From assembly GCA_051294375.1 (NCBI GenBank), contig CM119268.1, positions 10,114,370 to 10,178,369 on the forward strand: DNA of 64,000 bases, in the 5' to 3' direction. Position 1 is the stretch's first letter. Each line of letters starts with the position of its first letter. Shown in pieces: positions 1-14,729 of the stretch. Origin of the DNA: Paraspadella gotoi. Its lineage: Eukaryota > Animalia > Chaetognatha. A program made the translations under genes and the position numbers. Below the pieces are notes generated by a model, which worked only from the letters and a program-made list of their open reading frames with translations, was not told the DNA's origin and searched no databases.

Positions 1-1100
1 GTCAATTATGAACAACATACCATCAGTAACATTAATTTGTAAAAAAATTATATTATGTTTTTTAATTTTGCAGTAGGCTATATTTTATATATAGTACTAT
101 CCTTATAAATATAAAAATTTCAAAATAGGCTTTTCTTAATTTTGATTACAGATTTAATTCCTCGTCAAAAGTTATTAAAAGAAAATATAAATCATTTTTA
201 AAAATTCTTTCATTAAGTGGTTAAAAATTAAAAAAACTATATTTAATATATAAAAGTAATCCATTATTGGTATTAATTATTGTGTTAAAATATTTTTTTG
301 CAAATATGTTCCGAACCATGAGTAATTCGCTAATTAATATTAATTATATTGCTATAATAAATGTTAAAATTTTTTTTGGATATTTAAAATTTTTTATATT
401 GATCGATAGAGCTAAAAGTTAAGACAAAAAATATAATTACAACTTTTAAAATTTTGATGTTTATTACTAAAAATTAGTAAAAACTGCTAAAATCATCGGA
501 TGATGATGATGATGATGATTTTTAAGGTTTTTCTCATTTTAACCCACTTATCATCAAAATATTGAACAAAGAATTATACTTTTGTGTAGATAACTTTTCA
601 TAAGCTATTTGAAATCTGCTTTAAAATAAAAAAATTCTAAAAAAATTTTTTGACATTTCCTATCTATAATAAATATTTAAAATTAATTACTAATTGCTTC
701 TTGCCATTTTAGAAATTTTTCTCCATTGAAAGTTTTTCCAGAAATGTATGAAGTTTCATTTGGAAAGGTTCCAAATCAAACTTCTGACCCACCCCTTGAC
801 GAAGTTTGGCTCTAATATATTAATATAGTCTTTTTCTAATTTTTTACCCACTTAATGAAGGAATTTTTCAAAAGAGTTATATTTCTTTTTATCAACTTTT
901 TATGACGAATCCAAATCTGCAAAAAAATCTTAGAAAAACTGTTTTGAAATTTTAACATTTATTGGTTTATTACTAGTATAGAATGTGCTACTGCATAAAT
1001 TGTAAAATTTATTATAAATTTTTTTTAATTACATAATGTTCATTAGTATAATGTTTGTTCGTTCCTCAATTTTAGATTATTTAATTAAAGTTTAAATTTA
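1..1100. mobile_element. AT-rich non-autonomous DNA transposon (MITE), longer relative of the element at 23216-23827; left end cut by window edge
   Basis: 1-~260 is near-identical to 23252-23510 (gtcaattatgaacaacat...cattaagtgg...atatttaatatataaaa) and ~830-1100 to ~23540-23810 (cccacttaatgaaggaatttttcaaaa...gacgaatccaaatctgcaaaaaaatcttagaaaaac); the two arms are imperfect inverted repeats of each other. Confidence 0.7.
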
Positions 1101-3140
1101 AATTCGAGGCTTATGTTTACATTCGCCGACCGGGTTTGCAAACTTTTACAGATTTTGAAGTTTGAAGAGAAAGAGAGTCTGTATATTTGTTTCACAAGTC
1201 AATTCGTTTTTGTGATGATAAAAGCTTACGTTGAATCCAAAGCATGTCCGAAATTTAAGTTTCTTAATAAAACTTTACAAAAAATTGTATTGCAACGCAA
1301 ACTGAGATTCGACTCTAGAGGGAAAACAAAATTCAATGGATTGACAAACCACCGACCGCTAAAGTTGGTTGCGGACGTCGAATAGTAAAGTTACCCTAAT
1401 TTTTATATTGGTTGTACCAATTTCAAAAAGACTTTCTAAAATTGTGAAATAGAAACAAATACGTATATAGCTGTTTTCCTTACGAAAAATTACAAATTAT
1501 TTTCTAATATAAGTCAAAATACAAACCACATTGTCCACTGACTGTCATACGGTTTCACGGAATTAACCAAATAACCAAATAAAAATTTAAAGACAAAAAT
1601 TTAATCCTTAAGACACGAACCCAAAACAAAAGGTTGAAATAATTTCTCCGGTTGAAACAAAAGGATTTAAATTTTGACGGCAAATAAATCAAGAATTCCT
1701 TGGAATAAATATATAAGAAATAATACTAGTATAAGTTGAATGAACACGCTGCAATAAACTACTACTGATATAAATATTCTCATACACCTTATTTACGATG
1801 GGTACTGAAAGTTAAGAACTAAATTATCTAAAAATAACTAATTATGATGTACTACTTGTCAATGGTCAGGCTTTGAAAACAGTTGCAGTTTCAGATGTCA
1901 AACGTCATCGATTTCATTCAATAATCATTAATCAATCAGTAATTTACTAATTATGTATCTTTTCGAAAATTTAGATAAAAAATATAAATAAGTACCAATA
2001 AAAAGATGATAATTCATGTAAACGCATTGATAGAGTGAAATTCGAACTGGCTTGATTTTAAAGATAATTCCGCTTTCCTGTAAATTCTGAGGCATTTCTG
2101 TTAAATATATTTATAGCTACGACTTGGTGCGTGATCATTGGTTGAAAATATTAATATGTTATATTGTTAAAACTTGAAAATTAAATTGAAATTCCTCAGC
2201 AACATTTGAAGGTTAAAAATTATGATAGCGAGAACTTAAAAAACAATATATTTTTAAAACATATGTGATACAAAATAACTATAAGGAATTTACCAGAACG
2301 TTAAACAATGTAGTTAAATTATAAAAAAAATTTCACCTAACCTATTGAGAACGATATTTCCCTTATCATCGTATAAATAATCGGATTATCATTATGGATG
2401 AGGATATATGTATTTTAGTACCTCATTCGAGACCCGTTAAAAAAAATTTTCAGTATAATTATATTTAGAAGGAAAATATTATTTACTTTCGATTGCTAAT
2501 AAGTAAAAAATTGACAATTAAATTATATATTATATTTTTCGATAGTAATCCTTTTAGTTTCGTTGTTTTTGAGATTAGCGAAATTTGTTTTGTTGTAACA
2601 ACGATTTTATTTGTCTTAAAAGTAAAACAGAAATGTTTCGACCCTATTTCGAGTCTTTATCAGCGCAAGTGACTCGAAATAGAAATATGTCTGTTTTAAT
2701 AGAAATAAAATCGTTGTTGTAACTAAACAATTTTCGCTAATATTATATTTTATAATCAAATACTTAAAACAGTGAAACAAGTAATTTGTAATTCTCGGAG
2801 TAAAACAAACTAAAACAAAAGGCACACTTTTCGTCTCGAAAATTTATCGTATTTCACTCTAATTCTAAATTCTGATACAACTTTCCAAACCAAATATGTA
2901 AGACAAATTAAAAATTCTTTTAAATAACTTTCAACTAAATAAGGTTTAAATATTTGAGCCTTATAGTAATAAACATGATATTGATCTTCTGACCATCAAA
3001 AAAGAGGGATAAGGACTGGGGGCATAACATCAGAAAATAATTGCAAATAGAAATACCCAAAAGTTCTAGTAGCACAAACAAGTGATAAATTTTTCACGCT
3101 AGTATTACTAAATTGCTAATATAACGAAAGACCTAATAAT

Positions 3141-4939
3141 TTATTCGGAATTATAGTAGCCACCCTCGTAGACTGGTACAAATGAGCGTTCTTCCAACAT
3201 GAAATTAGACTTTTGAAAGACGGCGTTGTCGTTGTGGACGGCTTCTGCATCGAGGGACTGGAGCTCTGACAGGTTGTCGTCTTCGTCGAAAGGCAAGTCA
3301 ACAAAGCCGACCTCGGCCTGCGGCAAATCTCGATGACAATCTCCGTCGAGGGCAGGGCGTTCGGGAGAAGAAAAGAGTAGCGGATGAGGAACGCGGGAGT
3401 TTTCACTCAGCTGACGGCCAAGGGCGGTGAGATCTCCTCCCCAGGGAAGGAGAGCCAAGAAATCGTCGAACACCCTGTCATTTGATGTCGACGCCGAGTA
3501 AAATTCGTTTAGTACCTCCGAAGCGACAGGGAGCCTGGCGCCAGAAACACGAGCAGAGTAAAATGTGCGTCTCTCTTTGGTGTCGTCCTCGAGATCTAAG
3601 AAGTTGCAGCAAGAAGTTGGCTCATTGCACGGAATGGAGTCGTCGTCGTCATCGTCTTCGACGGGAAACTCGCTCGGCGGGGCTTCGTTCTCTTCGTCTT
3701 CGACGTACGCAGCGTTCTCATGAACATCAGAGTCAGCGACGGGTGGGAAAAACGTGGACGCGAAATGAATGGCGCTTGGCACTGGCAACGGCAATGGCAC
3801 CGGCAATGGCAACGGCGAGAGACGGCGTTGCTCTTCTGTTGATGCTGAGTCCGATGAGCGACCCGCGTAGTGACGACGTCGGTGGGGATTTGGCGAATCA
3901 GAGTTGGGAAAATGAGCATCCAGTTCTAAACGAGATAGGAGAACAAGAAAAAAGTTGTCGATTAATGAACAACAACAACAACAACAACCGGGATACTCAG
4001 ACACGATGTGTGGATAAAACGCCAAGAAGAGGGATTATCAATGCCGAAATTCGAGGGAAGGTGTAGGAGGAGAGAATGCGAGTCAAAACTAAACGGCCCA
4101 ATGCCTCCCTCGGATTTCGACAAACTGCTGCATAATCGAGATTTATGTGAGTAAGAAAAACAAATCGCGTAGTTTGTTAGAATGATTCATGTAGATAAAG
4201 AATACGAAAAAGTTGAATGGGAACTAAGCATTCTGGAAAAAATTCATTTTCCTAAATATTATGTAAAGAGTTATGTGATTAAATTACTTTCAATTCATAC
4301 TAAGAAAATTCTGCTTCAGAGTGAACCATAGTGATAGACCAAGACAGTCTGATCAAGATTCTAGTAAGATTCTTTAAACAATTTTTGGGCAATAGCTTGC
4401 TTGCTTACAATTTGAATTAAGCATACTAATGTGAATGTTCACAATTATGGCCATATCGATTTCTTTAAAAAGAATCTTATTTACAAATTTAAATCCATTT
4501 CTTGAGCCTCACCCAAATCTCTGACAGCGTAGAAAGACGGCGGCGCCTGCGACGGAGTCTCATAAGAATCGGCGTCTTCGTTGACACCATCCAGCGGAAA
4601 CTGGTTCTCCTCGTCATCTAAGGCGTCCAAGTCGGTGATTTCTCGCGCCACCCTCTGGATCACGTTGGAAACGAAGAGTCGCTTGAGCATGTTGTTCTTT
4701 AACCTCTTTTTCATGACAAGACGTGAGAGTTTTCCTCTTGATATGGAGATGATTTGCCGGGGGTCCGTTACTTCCAAAGGCGACGCCGTTACCGTTGTAG
4801 AATTGGACGTCATTCCGGTGAGCACCCTGCGAAGGGGGTCCACCGCCTTGGAAGCAGAAACCGAAATGCCGAGTTCGTTCTTTTTCGTGGATTTGCTGGC
4901 GGCGCGACGGAATGCGGGAAGAGACGAAAGAGACGCCAT
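3141..4939 (-). CDS. Two-exon ~403 aa protein with N-terminal IER2/IER5 (SERTA-like) motif and acidic low-complexity C-terminus
   Basis: Exons 4939-4513 (donor G|GTGAG, phase 1) and 3925-3141 (acceptor tttag) join in frame. RQIISISRGKLSRLVMKKRLKNNMLKRLFVSNVIQRVAREI resembles the IER5 N-terminus ([39 protein letters not shown]) and the SERTA pattern. Confidence 0.55.
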
Positions 4940-6273
4940 GAGTTGGAAGAACTCGACTGCGATTAACGAGTTTTAGAGCTTCGTAGTCAGTTGCGACGTG
5001 GAAGAGATTCCATGGCAGGTCGAGACACGGCGATAGAGTCACGAGTTGGACAGACGTTACGCAATAATTTCCTTTTTTCGTACTTGATCTCGTCTAAGAA
5101 TTTCCTGCGAAACGAAATGAAACATTCAAAATCAAACGTGGACGGTTTTTTTTTTTTTTTTTTTGCTCTTCGTGCTTTTAAATCTCGAAAACAAATCGAG
5201 TGGATTTTTTTTTAATAGACTTTTTCGTAATCATTCGAAAGAGGAAATCGAATGAATAGCCAACGTCGGCTTCGCCTCTGACTGTAAAAACTCCTGCGGT
5301 TTTTCTCTTTTTTTTTCATATCTTCTCAAAGAGACAACCGGCGTAATCTCTGATAGGCTAATAGGTATCCAGGAATAGAACCTTTCCAAACGACTAGAAC
5401 CACGACATTTCGGGCCAGAGTTGGAAAGAGAGAGAGAGAGACAAAAAAAAAATAAAACAAGCGAATCGATTCCGAGTGCGAACGACTTTTAGGCCGAGAG
5501 GCTCCTGCCTGTTAAAAAAAATCCTGAAAAGACGAGGGAACCCACCGCTTTTACTTGAGTCGTGGCACGCAGAAAATGCAGAGTAGGACTTATTTCTTTT
5601 TCGGCTTCAAACTGTCCCCGCGATCTCGAATGAGCAAAATGAGCCAGGGAGAGGAAAGAGAAAGAGAGAGAGATGAGAGAAGAAAAAAGCTTTTTGGGGT
5701 CACGTGACGCCGTCGCGCGTTGCAGAGACCGGAGGAGTTAAGAGAGAGAGAGAGAGAGAGAGAATGAATTCGCGACGGCCCAAAGGGAAGGGAACCAAAG
5801 TTTAGGGGGGGGTGGGTACCATGGGGGTGGAAGAATCTACTTTGACGCCGGCCAACAAAGTCAAGCGCAGAGAGAGAGAAAGGGAAAAAAAGGAGAGGAA
5901 AAACTCGGAAATGAAAGACTTGAAAGTTAGAGGCAAAGATGGGGAAAGGGGGGGGGACGGGAAAAAAAAATCGGGGCCAAAGGTTTCGAGAAAAAAAAAA
6001 TGAAGGAAAGGACGAAGACGACGAAGAGGCGAAGGTCGTTAACGGCGAAGGAAGCAGCGACTGCCGAAGGAGAAAGTGGCGTCGGTGGAAATGAGGGGAA
6101 ATCCTTGGTCAGTTGTCGCGCTCTCTTCTTCTCTCTGAACGACGACGAGGATGATGATGATGATGATGAGGACGACAACGACGTTTGGCGTGATGAGCTC
6201 ACCTAGCTCTATCTCTCTCTCTCTCTGTCTTGCTGGCCATCGCTCCAAAAATCGGCGTTTGATGGGGCGGAGC

Positions 6274-6404
<131 letters not shown>

Positions 6405-7113
6405 GCTTCTGCTTTTCCTTCGGTTATATCGATCAGCCAGAGACAAAGGAGCGTGATTTCTTTCTCATCTCCGTGGTTTAGAAAACTCGCGAAAGATGCA
6501 GAAGACAATCGCGCAGGGTGGGAGGACGCGGGTAGAGGGTGGTGGCAGCGGGCGAATGAAAAAATCTTTAAAACTTAAGGAATACCATTTCGAGTGGTTA
6601 CCGGAAGCCGTATTAATCCGGCAAAGTACCGGGTGAAAGTTAGGATAAAATAAGGAGCGGTAAACAAATTGCGTATTGAAATCCAGTGGCTTATGTCGAG
6701 TTGGTTGCAGCTCTGAATTCGAGTCGGAAGGTGAAAAATGCCAATAATTAAAAAAAAAAGGAAAATCGCAGAAAAAAAATCTGACATATGATCGTTGGCA
6801 ACGCAGAGAAGCTCAGGAGCATGAGACGAGATGAGGAGTCATAGAGACGCGCGAGAGAGAGCGTGGAAGAGCAACGGAGATGAGAGAGACGACGCAGTGT
6901 ACTGTCGACGAAGGAGCGAGAGAGAGAGAGAGAGAAAGAGAGGAGAGAGAGAGAGGAGAGAGAGATGGAGAGGAGATTCGAGTCTGCAGGTCGTCATTTT
7001 TCGAAGACCAAAACTGTTTATGAAAGAGGATGAGGAGGAACGAGGCAAGGCAAGAAGAGGAGAGAGGAAACAAGGAAACCCGACAGATTTATCATTACGG
7101 AAATGAGAAGAAT

Positions 7114-7159
<46 letters not shown>

Positions 7160-7583
7160 GAGAGAGAGAGAGGAGAGAGAGAGAGAGCGTAATCTCTCAA
7201 CGATGACTGAATGGAGATGGTGAGCTAAATTGGTGAAGGGGGGGCGAGAGTGTGAATGCAGTCGGAAAAGTCATCGGTTTTCATGAAGCAGAAAGAGAGC
7301 GAAAGAGGTAGTAAAGGAAGTGGGCGAGATAAGAGGGTGAGAGAACCTCGATTCAAGCTGATCGAGATTTACAAATATGAAACGAAATTTACATTTTGTC
7401 CCTTTAAAGTTGGCCTTTCGACTCAAGAACGAAATGTATATGTGTGAAATTGATAATGTTTAGAACGCTAATTAGATCAAACTGTTGACATCGACGACCT
7501 ATTAATTTTTCAATGCTTAATCTAGCTTAATATAATTGGTATTACAAACACAGTGTAGCTAATTAAGCTGCGACATCCTCTCT

Positions 7584-7690
<107 letters not shown>

Positions 7691-7838
7691 TTTTCACTTT
7701 CTACAAGGATAAATTTCGCCGAACCGCATCTTTCTTCTTCTGCAACTGGTGACTGCAACTGCAAAAAAACTGCAGAAGCGACGAGGCGACGGGGGAACGG
7801 AGACGAAGAAAAAAAAACGAAATAAAAAAAAGTCGTGA

Positions 7839-7872
<34 letters not shown>

Positions 7873-8130
7873 CAGGAAAGGAGGACGAGCCGAAGTAAAA
7901 ACACGAAGAAAATAGCGAAAGGAGAGAGAATGAGACGATTTCTCGCTGGCAGATGGTCTCGACGCGAGGCCGCGGTGGGCGGAAGGGGGGGGGGTAGAAG
8001 AGTCGAACTTTAGTGGATGAGAACCCGCGACTGACTTCGAACACAAAAGGTTTCGGACGGTCAGGGTAAATTTGACGAGGGTAAGTTCGGCAATGGAAGA
8101 ATCGACCAATGGAAAACTCGAGAGTAATAG

Positions 8131-8192
8131 AACTGATTCAGAAGGATGGCGCAGGCGAGGTTTTTATACCAAATAGGTATCGGGGACTTTCT
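8131..8192 (-). promoter_or_regulatory. Candidate TATA+Initiator core promoter facing left, with adjacent kB-like site
   Basis: Minus strand TATAAAA (8168-8162) is followed ~30 nt later by TCAGTT (8136-8131). GGGACTTTCT (8183-8192, +) matches the Ig-kappa kB site at 9/10 positions. E-box TCACGTGA lies near 8382. Confidence 0.35.
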
Positions 8193-9746
8193 CGCTCTCT
8201 ATATCTCCTGCCTCGACGACACTCTCTAAAAAAAAAAAAACCAAAAAGGGAATGTGTACGGATTAAAAATGCCGCGGCGACTGCGACGGCGCAGCGCACG
8301 AAAAGTAAAGGGGGCGGGGGGGGGGAGAGTTACTGTTTCTCCGATTCGAAGAGGGGCCAGATACACGATTCGGGAGAGGATTCACGTGACTTCCAAGCAT
8401 CCCTCTTCCCTCCCCCCCAAAACAAAAGAGGGGGGCGGAACGGAAAAGTGTAGGACAAGGAGACCGAAGGAGGAGGCACGATGAAAGAATCTCTAATACT
8501 AAAATAGAAGAAAGAGAAAAATCCCACTGACGAACGACGACGATGAGAAGGACCGTCGTCGATGCAATCGAGAGAAAGAGAATCAAAATCGATGCAGGAA
8601 AAAAAAGGGAGAAAATGGATTTCACCAACGACCATCTCTCTCTCTTTCTCCCCGGTCGCCGTGGATCCAACGCGCGAGAGCGAGACGCGCGTTATATGTT
8701 GCTGCGGACGCAGGGAAGAAGGTTGGGAGAAAGGGGGGAGGTGCGCCAGAGGACTGTTGGCCCTGTCATCGGGGTTTCCAAAAGAAAGATGACAGAGAGA
8801 GAGAGAGAGAGATATGACCCATTGACCACATGACCATCGAGTTTACAATACAAGTTTTTTTTCTCGCTCTCCGTCAAGATCGACAGTTTAACATCGATCG
8901 AGAACCCACAGCAGTCGAGACTCAGTATTGAATTGAAATCTTAGCTGTAATCAGGAAAACCCTGCACCGTAACACGACGACGACGACGAGGACCAAATCT
9001 CTGAAGCAACGAATTGAAAAACATTGGTGGAGCTATATACTCAAAAGTTTAGTTTTTCCTGCTTATATGTGTGAAGGATTTTTAAATGATTGGATCCTAA
9101 ACTCTTTAAATTACGATTACCTGTCAGAGGATGTTGATTTGTTTTTCCTGGCGGTCAGAAAAACTGGCTCTTGAAGCACTAGATTAAATTTCTTGTCGAT
9201 TTATATTCAAAACGGTTATTATTCTGTTTATTATTAGGGGAAATTGATGTATTGTCGCAGTAAGAAAGAGCAACAACAATTTTTTTTTATACGATGACGA
9301 GTTCGGACAGTGTCGTTCGAGTTTATAAATTCTGCCTCCCTTCCCTTTTAGAACCGGTTGCGTCTATAGTTTATAACCAGCGTGCCTTACAAGTTAATGC
9401 GACCTCGTCGAAGACTTTTCGTTAGATTTCAAGGGGACTAGTCAAAAGACGGAATTTATTGGTCTAAATAGATCTTCTCATTTGATAAGAACGTCCCCCA
9501 CACCATGAATGTCAAAACCTCACTGCTGATTACATAATACATATAGTCTTGGAGCCATAAATTTGATGAAATTATTTATTTAATTATTTATTACTTAATT
9601 ATCTTAAATCTCTAATCTTTTTGTTAATTGACACGTGCGAAAACAAACAAGTTGTTATATTCCTACTTAAGCATAAAAAAATAGAAAAGAAAGTGGGGGA
9701 AAAAAAAAGTAGAAAAAGGCAAAAACCGAAAGCTTGAATATCAAAT

Positions 9747-12700
9747 TTACAGATCAGTAACTAAAGACGGCTTTCTCGTGCGCTGTTTGTCCAGATAGGT
9801 GGGGGAGGTTCTCCATATGATGGGTTTTTTCTCCCTCTTCTCCAGCGGATCATGGATATCTTGCACTTCGATTTCTCCCTCGTCCCCGGATGTAGTTTCC
9901 ACTCGAGTAGAAAAACCGGGCGACGTCAAGAATTGCTTCGCCGATTGCACTACGAAACCGAAAATTTCAAATATGTATTCGTTTTTTGAATCCTCATAAG
10001 TTTAACCAAAAAATTAAATGTTAACCTTTTTTCACGGAGCGCCTTCGTGCACTATCGTGATTGGTTGCGGACAACGCCGATTTCTTGACCGGCGCCATTT
10101 GGAACGTCGAGGCAACTGGCATCAAATTCAAATCCATTTCACTGGTCTTCATTCTCGAGGGCTCAGAACATCGGCGTTCCTAATACGAGGGAAATTTGAA
10201 CTTTTTTTACATTTTAGTTTTATATGGTAGTGAACCAGTCATGTAAAAGTTGGGGCGACATACTAAAAAGTGTCATCAGCTATGCATACTATATAAATTT
10301 GAATAATATCGTAAATGAGGTCACATATCAATCTGACCGCTTTGACCGACGCCAACTGAAACGTTGTTATGATGAAGTTGGTTCGAGTTGTTGTTATTAA
10401 TACGAAACAGAGTGCACAAATGCACATTAGAGTGAAGTGAAAGTTTGGAATCAAAATTTAGTAGTTATATCTTGAAAACTATCATATTAGTGAATATTAA
10501 TCTGTAGTTATTTTTCTTTTTTTTACAAATATAGTAGCCCAGTAAGCTTATTTTGTACATATTACTACCCTTATATAATGTCAAAATTTCAAAATGGTTT
10601 ACTATATATAATATAAATATAGCTCATGGGTGCCCACTAATGTATAAAATTAAAAAATAAGTTTACCAAAATATTTTTATTGGTTTTTATTTTAATGTTT
10701 TATATGCTAACTTTTAGTTTTATAAAATGTTATTATTTTCATATCGCTCTAATGAACAATGGGGCAGCGGAGCGCCCTAATAATTTTCTACAATATAGGA
10801 AGATAAATTTTGAAAGCGTCACGTTTTACTTTTTAATTGCGAGGAAATTTAAGAAAATTTTAAAATACCCCCTTTACAACGACGGCATCATTTTTTTTTT
10901 ACCCTGTTGTATTCCGCGGAATCCGGAGGGATCGGTTCGTTGACGCTGACGTTCATCATCCACCGCAGCGTCGCATCGAAGGGAATGACGCGAGGAGGCG
11001 GCGTCCGGACGTTGAAATCGTCGACGATCCATTCCGAAGAGGAAGCCTGTCGACGGAGGAACATCTTGGAACCTAGAATTATTTCGGGAGTTAGTGGAGT
11101 GAGGAATGGTAACATCAACGATGCAACATGGGGGCGATGGCCGTAAAAAAATTTAACCTTTGGAGTCTTGATTGGCGCCACGAAATATGGCGCTCAACTT
11201 TGATAAATGATCTCTTTCTTCGTCGTCTTCCCCTTCTCGTCGTCGTCTTCTTTCTCCTCCTCCTCCTTCCGGCCATCCATGATTCGCCTTGAGCCTTTTT
11301 CCCGCCAATAAGTCTTCGTCAGCCAGAAAGGTTTTCACCCTTTCCTCCCCTTCGCCTTTTTCCCTCTCTTCCTCTTCCTTTTCCACTTCCGGCTCCTCCC
11401 TCTTTCCCTCTCCTTCCAGGCTGTACTTGTTGGCCCTCTTGCTCCTCTTCAAGAACATGGCGCGCCCCCGAGCGTTTTGGTTGGCGTCGGACGTCAGCGA
11501 GTCGGCGATCATCTTGCACAGGCTCTTGCGCTCCTCCACGGATGGAAATAGCCCGTCTTTGGTCTCGTAGAAAGCGCTGTCGTTGAAGTTTCGCCTTTTG
11601 CGCCCCGATGTTGCGGTCGTGGGCGGCGACCAACTTCGCCTGCGACGAAAGCTTTCGGGGGCCGGTGTTTCCATGACAACCTCAGAGTCGGCGAATGCGA
11701 TTTGAATAGGAAACGCCGACGGACGATTGAACGAAGGGAGGCGCATCTTTTTGAACTTGGAGGTGGCTGATGCGGAGGCGGGTTGGGAAGCACGCCGATT
11801 TGTGGCGCGTTGAAAAGTGGGATGTCGCGGCGGCTTTGGAGAATCGACAAGGAATTCTTTCGAAAACCAGGATGTGTCACTGCCCGGAACCACAATGGCG
11901 GATTTGTTCCTTTCGGGGTTTACGGGAATTACAGCATTCCTGCTGATGAACGATTGACTTCTGAAGATTCTTCCTTTTCCTCCTTCGCAACCAGTTCCAG
12001 AAATGACAGACTGACTTCTAAGAGTTTTGGTTTTATCAATCAACAAATCATTTTGTTCGGAGTCATGAGTCAAATTAGAGTCGATGACATATCTTCCGTT
12101 TTGCTTTTCACATTTGACTCCGAATTCTTTCTCTTTCGTCAGAGTCGTCGCCTCTGTCTCTGTCGTCCTCGTCGGATCGCCGAGGACGACGTCGAAATCG
12201 ACGGCGATGCTTTTCTTTGGAATACGCTTCGCGGAACGCGAAGCGATCTCCGATTCCATCGCCGGCTTTCGCAACCCGTTCGTCATCTTCGTCGCCGGAG
12301 ACTCCACGTTCGCAAACTCTCCGTCGACGACGAATCTCGCTTCGGCAGCTGCGGATTTTCGACGGGAATCGTCAGAGACGCACGCGTCCCAATTTCTCGA
12401 TCCGTGATTCATCTTACGGAATCTCAGCTCTTGGGCGTGGCCAGCTTCGATTCCTGGCGCCGGCAGCGACACCACCATTTCGATCTCCTCTCCATGACCG
12501 TCTTCGCTCTCGTCGTTAGCAAAAACGTCGTCAATTTCCGGACTCGGGGATTCTTTACCAATGGACGACCATGTCTTGCCAGCGGTTGGATCGGCCGCTC
12601 TCAAAGGTGGCAGCGTTAATATCGTCTCAATCTCCTCGTCGATCGCGTATGGACGCGAGTCCGACTCGATCTTTGCAACGTCTAAATTTGGGGGACGTTC

Positions 12701-14729
12701 TTCTGTTTGCAGCCTCGAAAGAGTCACTTCTGAACTTTCGTTGACCAAGTTGTTGTTGATGTTGCTGTCCGCAACCACATTGCTTGAGGCATTCTCTATT
12801 TCTTTCAATGGCAGAGCAAATACGGTCGCGTCATCTTCTACGTGACCGGGTACGAATCGCCCAGGAATAACCGCTGATTGACCGGTCTCTCTCAGAGGCA
12901 GGGAATAGTACACGTTCGCCAATTGACCCGGCTCGCGATGATCGAGATTGGAAGAGGCCCATGATTGGCGGAAGTCGTAATCTTCGAGATTGACGTCGTC
13001 AAAATTTGGGATTTGGATGGAACAGGACGAAAAACGACTAGGACGAGAAATGTAAAAATATTATGAAGGGACGATATAGTATTATATTACGTAGTTTGAC
13101 TTCGTTTTTAAGAAATAAGAAAATAGATAGGTTTTAACTGCCTTTTTATACTTAATGATTTTACCATAATTAATAAAAAAAATTTTATACTTAATGATTT
13201 TACCATCATTAATAAAAACAAAGACGGATAACAAGTATTTTAATTAAACAAAACAAAACTGAAATCTTAAATTTTCATTCTTTCCTGGAAGATTCGTCGG
13301 CGGAATTCGTTTCGAAAATTTCGTTAAACTGGTTCTCCTTTTCTCCTTCACCGTTGTGAGCCTCTTGAAGATTGTGAGAGAAACAATTGCGCCGTTTTTC
13401 GTCAGGTGACTTGTTGACGTTTCCATCCAAGACTCCGACGTTAGGATCGACTTCGATGAATATCTCTTTCAACTTAAATGAAAAAAAAAATTTGGTTCAG
13501 AGGTTTGAAAGTGATGCATCAGTGTTAAATATATGCACAAAAAGCATCAGCATTATCGCATGAGTTATGAACTTATGATCATTTTATACATAGACAGACA
13601 GAGAGAAAAATCAATAAGTGACTATATATAAACAAGTAAAGAAAACAAGACAAAAAGAAAAATAAATTAACCCGAGGAAATAATAATAGCCTAGCAGTAA
13701 TACTTTTAGAAATAATGATTCAATGATTTTACGTAATAACTTAAAACTTTTATCGGAAACTTCTCTCACCTTTGGCGACGTATCTCCGAGATCCAGGGAG
13801 ACTCGACTCTCGTAAAGCTTTCGGGATTTTCGCGGCGAGTCGGTCTCGTACGATGGAACTTGGGCACTGAGTTGAAAGGGCGCACCGAATTCATTCTGAG
13901 ACGCCACAGTTCGAAAATTAATTGGATTTTAAAAAAAAAGGATTACATGGAGAAAAAACCGCAGCCATTCGTGGTCATTTAGATTTTTGCATTCAAAAAA
14001 GTTGTGTCTATTTACAACATTATTAATCTTTTCATACTTTCTGTTTCATACTTAATACTTTTCATACATAAGAAAAATCAATTAACAAAAGTTTTGACCG
14101 ATTTTGACCTTATTTCCGACGACCTTTTTTTGGTTCCGGCGCAGATCGTCAACGTAAAACGATGACGGCGTCTCTTCCAGAACCACATGACGCTGTTTCG
14201 ATCTCGTCGTGTTTCCGGTCACGGGAGTAAGCTGCACCACCCGAGTAACAACCGCGGGAGGCTGCACTATTCGTTGTTCAGTAATCTGCATCGATTGATG
14301 GGCCAGATCTTCCTGCGGCGAACGAAGGACGGGCTTCAGCTGCACTCGATGCACTCTACTTGTTGCTGGCTTGGAGACGATAGCGGACTCGGTTTTGATC
14401 GAGATTCTTCCACCGCTGGCTCCGCCTAATTCAAATCCACCGCCGACGCGGCATCCGCCCTTTCGTCGTTCGGCCTCGCGATGCTGGCATCCTCTAGCGC
14501 CCACCACCGTCGCGCAGTCAGCGCAAATCGTCAGAGCGCCGTCGAAAGACTTTGGATTCGAGACGGCGACCGGGGTTTCTTGGATGACTGTTTGAGCGGC
14601 GGGTGCAGCTCCCGCTGGGGCGCCAACCGAGTTTGATTTCTTGTAGATTCTTCGCAGGGTCCGTTTGGTCGTGACGAGAGTAAGGGGCTGCAGGTAAGCG
14701 CTACGGAGTAGCACGTTTTGACCATCCAT
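9747..14729 (-). CDS. Synaptopodin-2/myopodin-like (calsarcin-type motif) protein, ~1110 aa, 7 exons
   Basis: Exons 14729-14109, 13895-13770, 13472-13285, 13037-11158, 11072-10903, 10179-10026, 9949-9747 are phase-compatible (third donor non-canonical, see findings). Two hallmark motifs: KSLCKMIADSLTSDANQNARGRAMFLKRSKRANKYSLE (cf. SYNPO2 KSKCKSIALLLTDAPNPNSKGVLMFKKRRRRARKYTL) and SKGSKMFLRRQASSSEWIVD across a splice junction. Confidence 0.7.

Noticed and set aside
10560-10795. Possible Helitron remnant (GGGCAGCGGAGCGCCC hairpin near an end)
   Set aside because: No CTRR terminus and no second copy in the window
11289-12845. Plus-strand ORFs up to 278 aa
   Set aside because: Antisense shadows of the GC-rich synaptopodin-like exon
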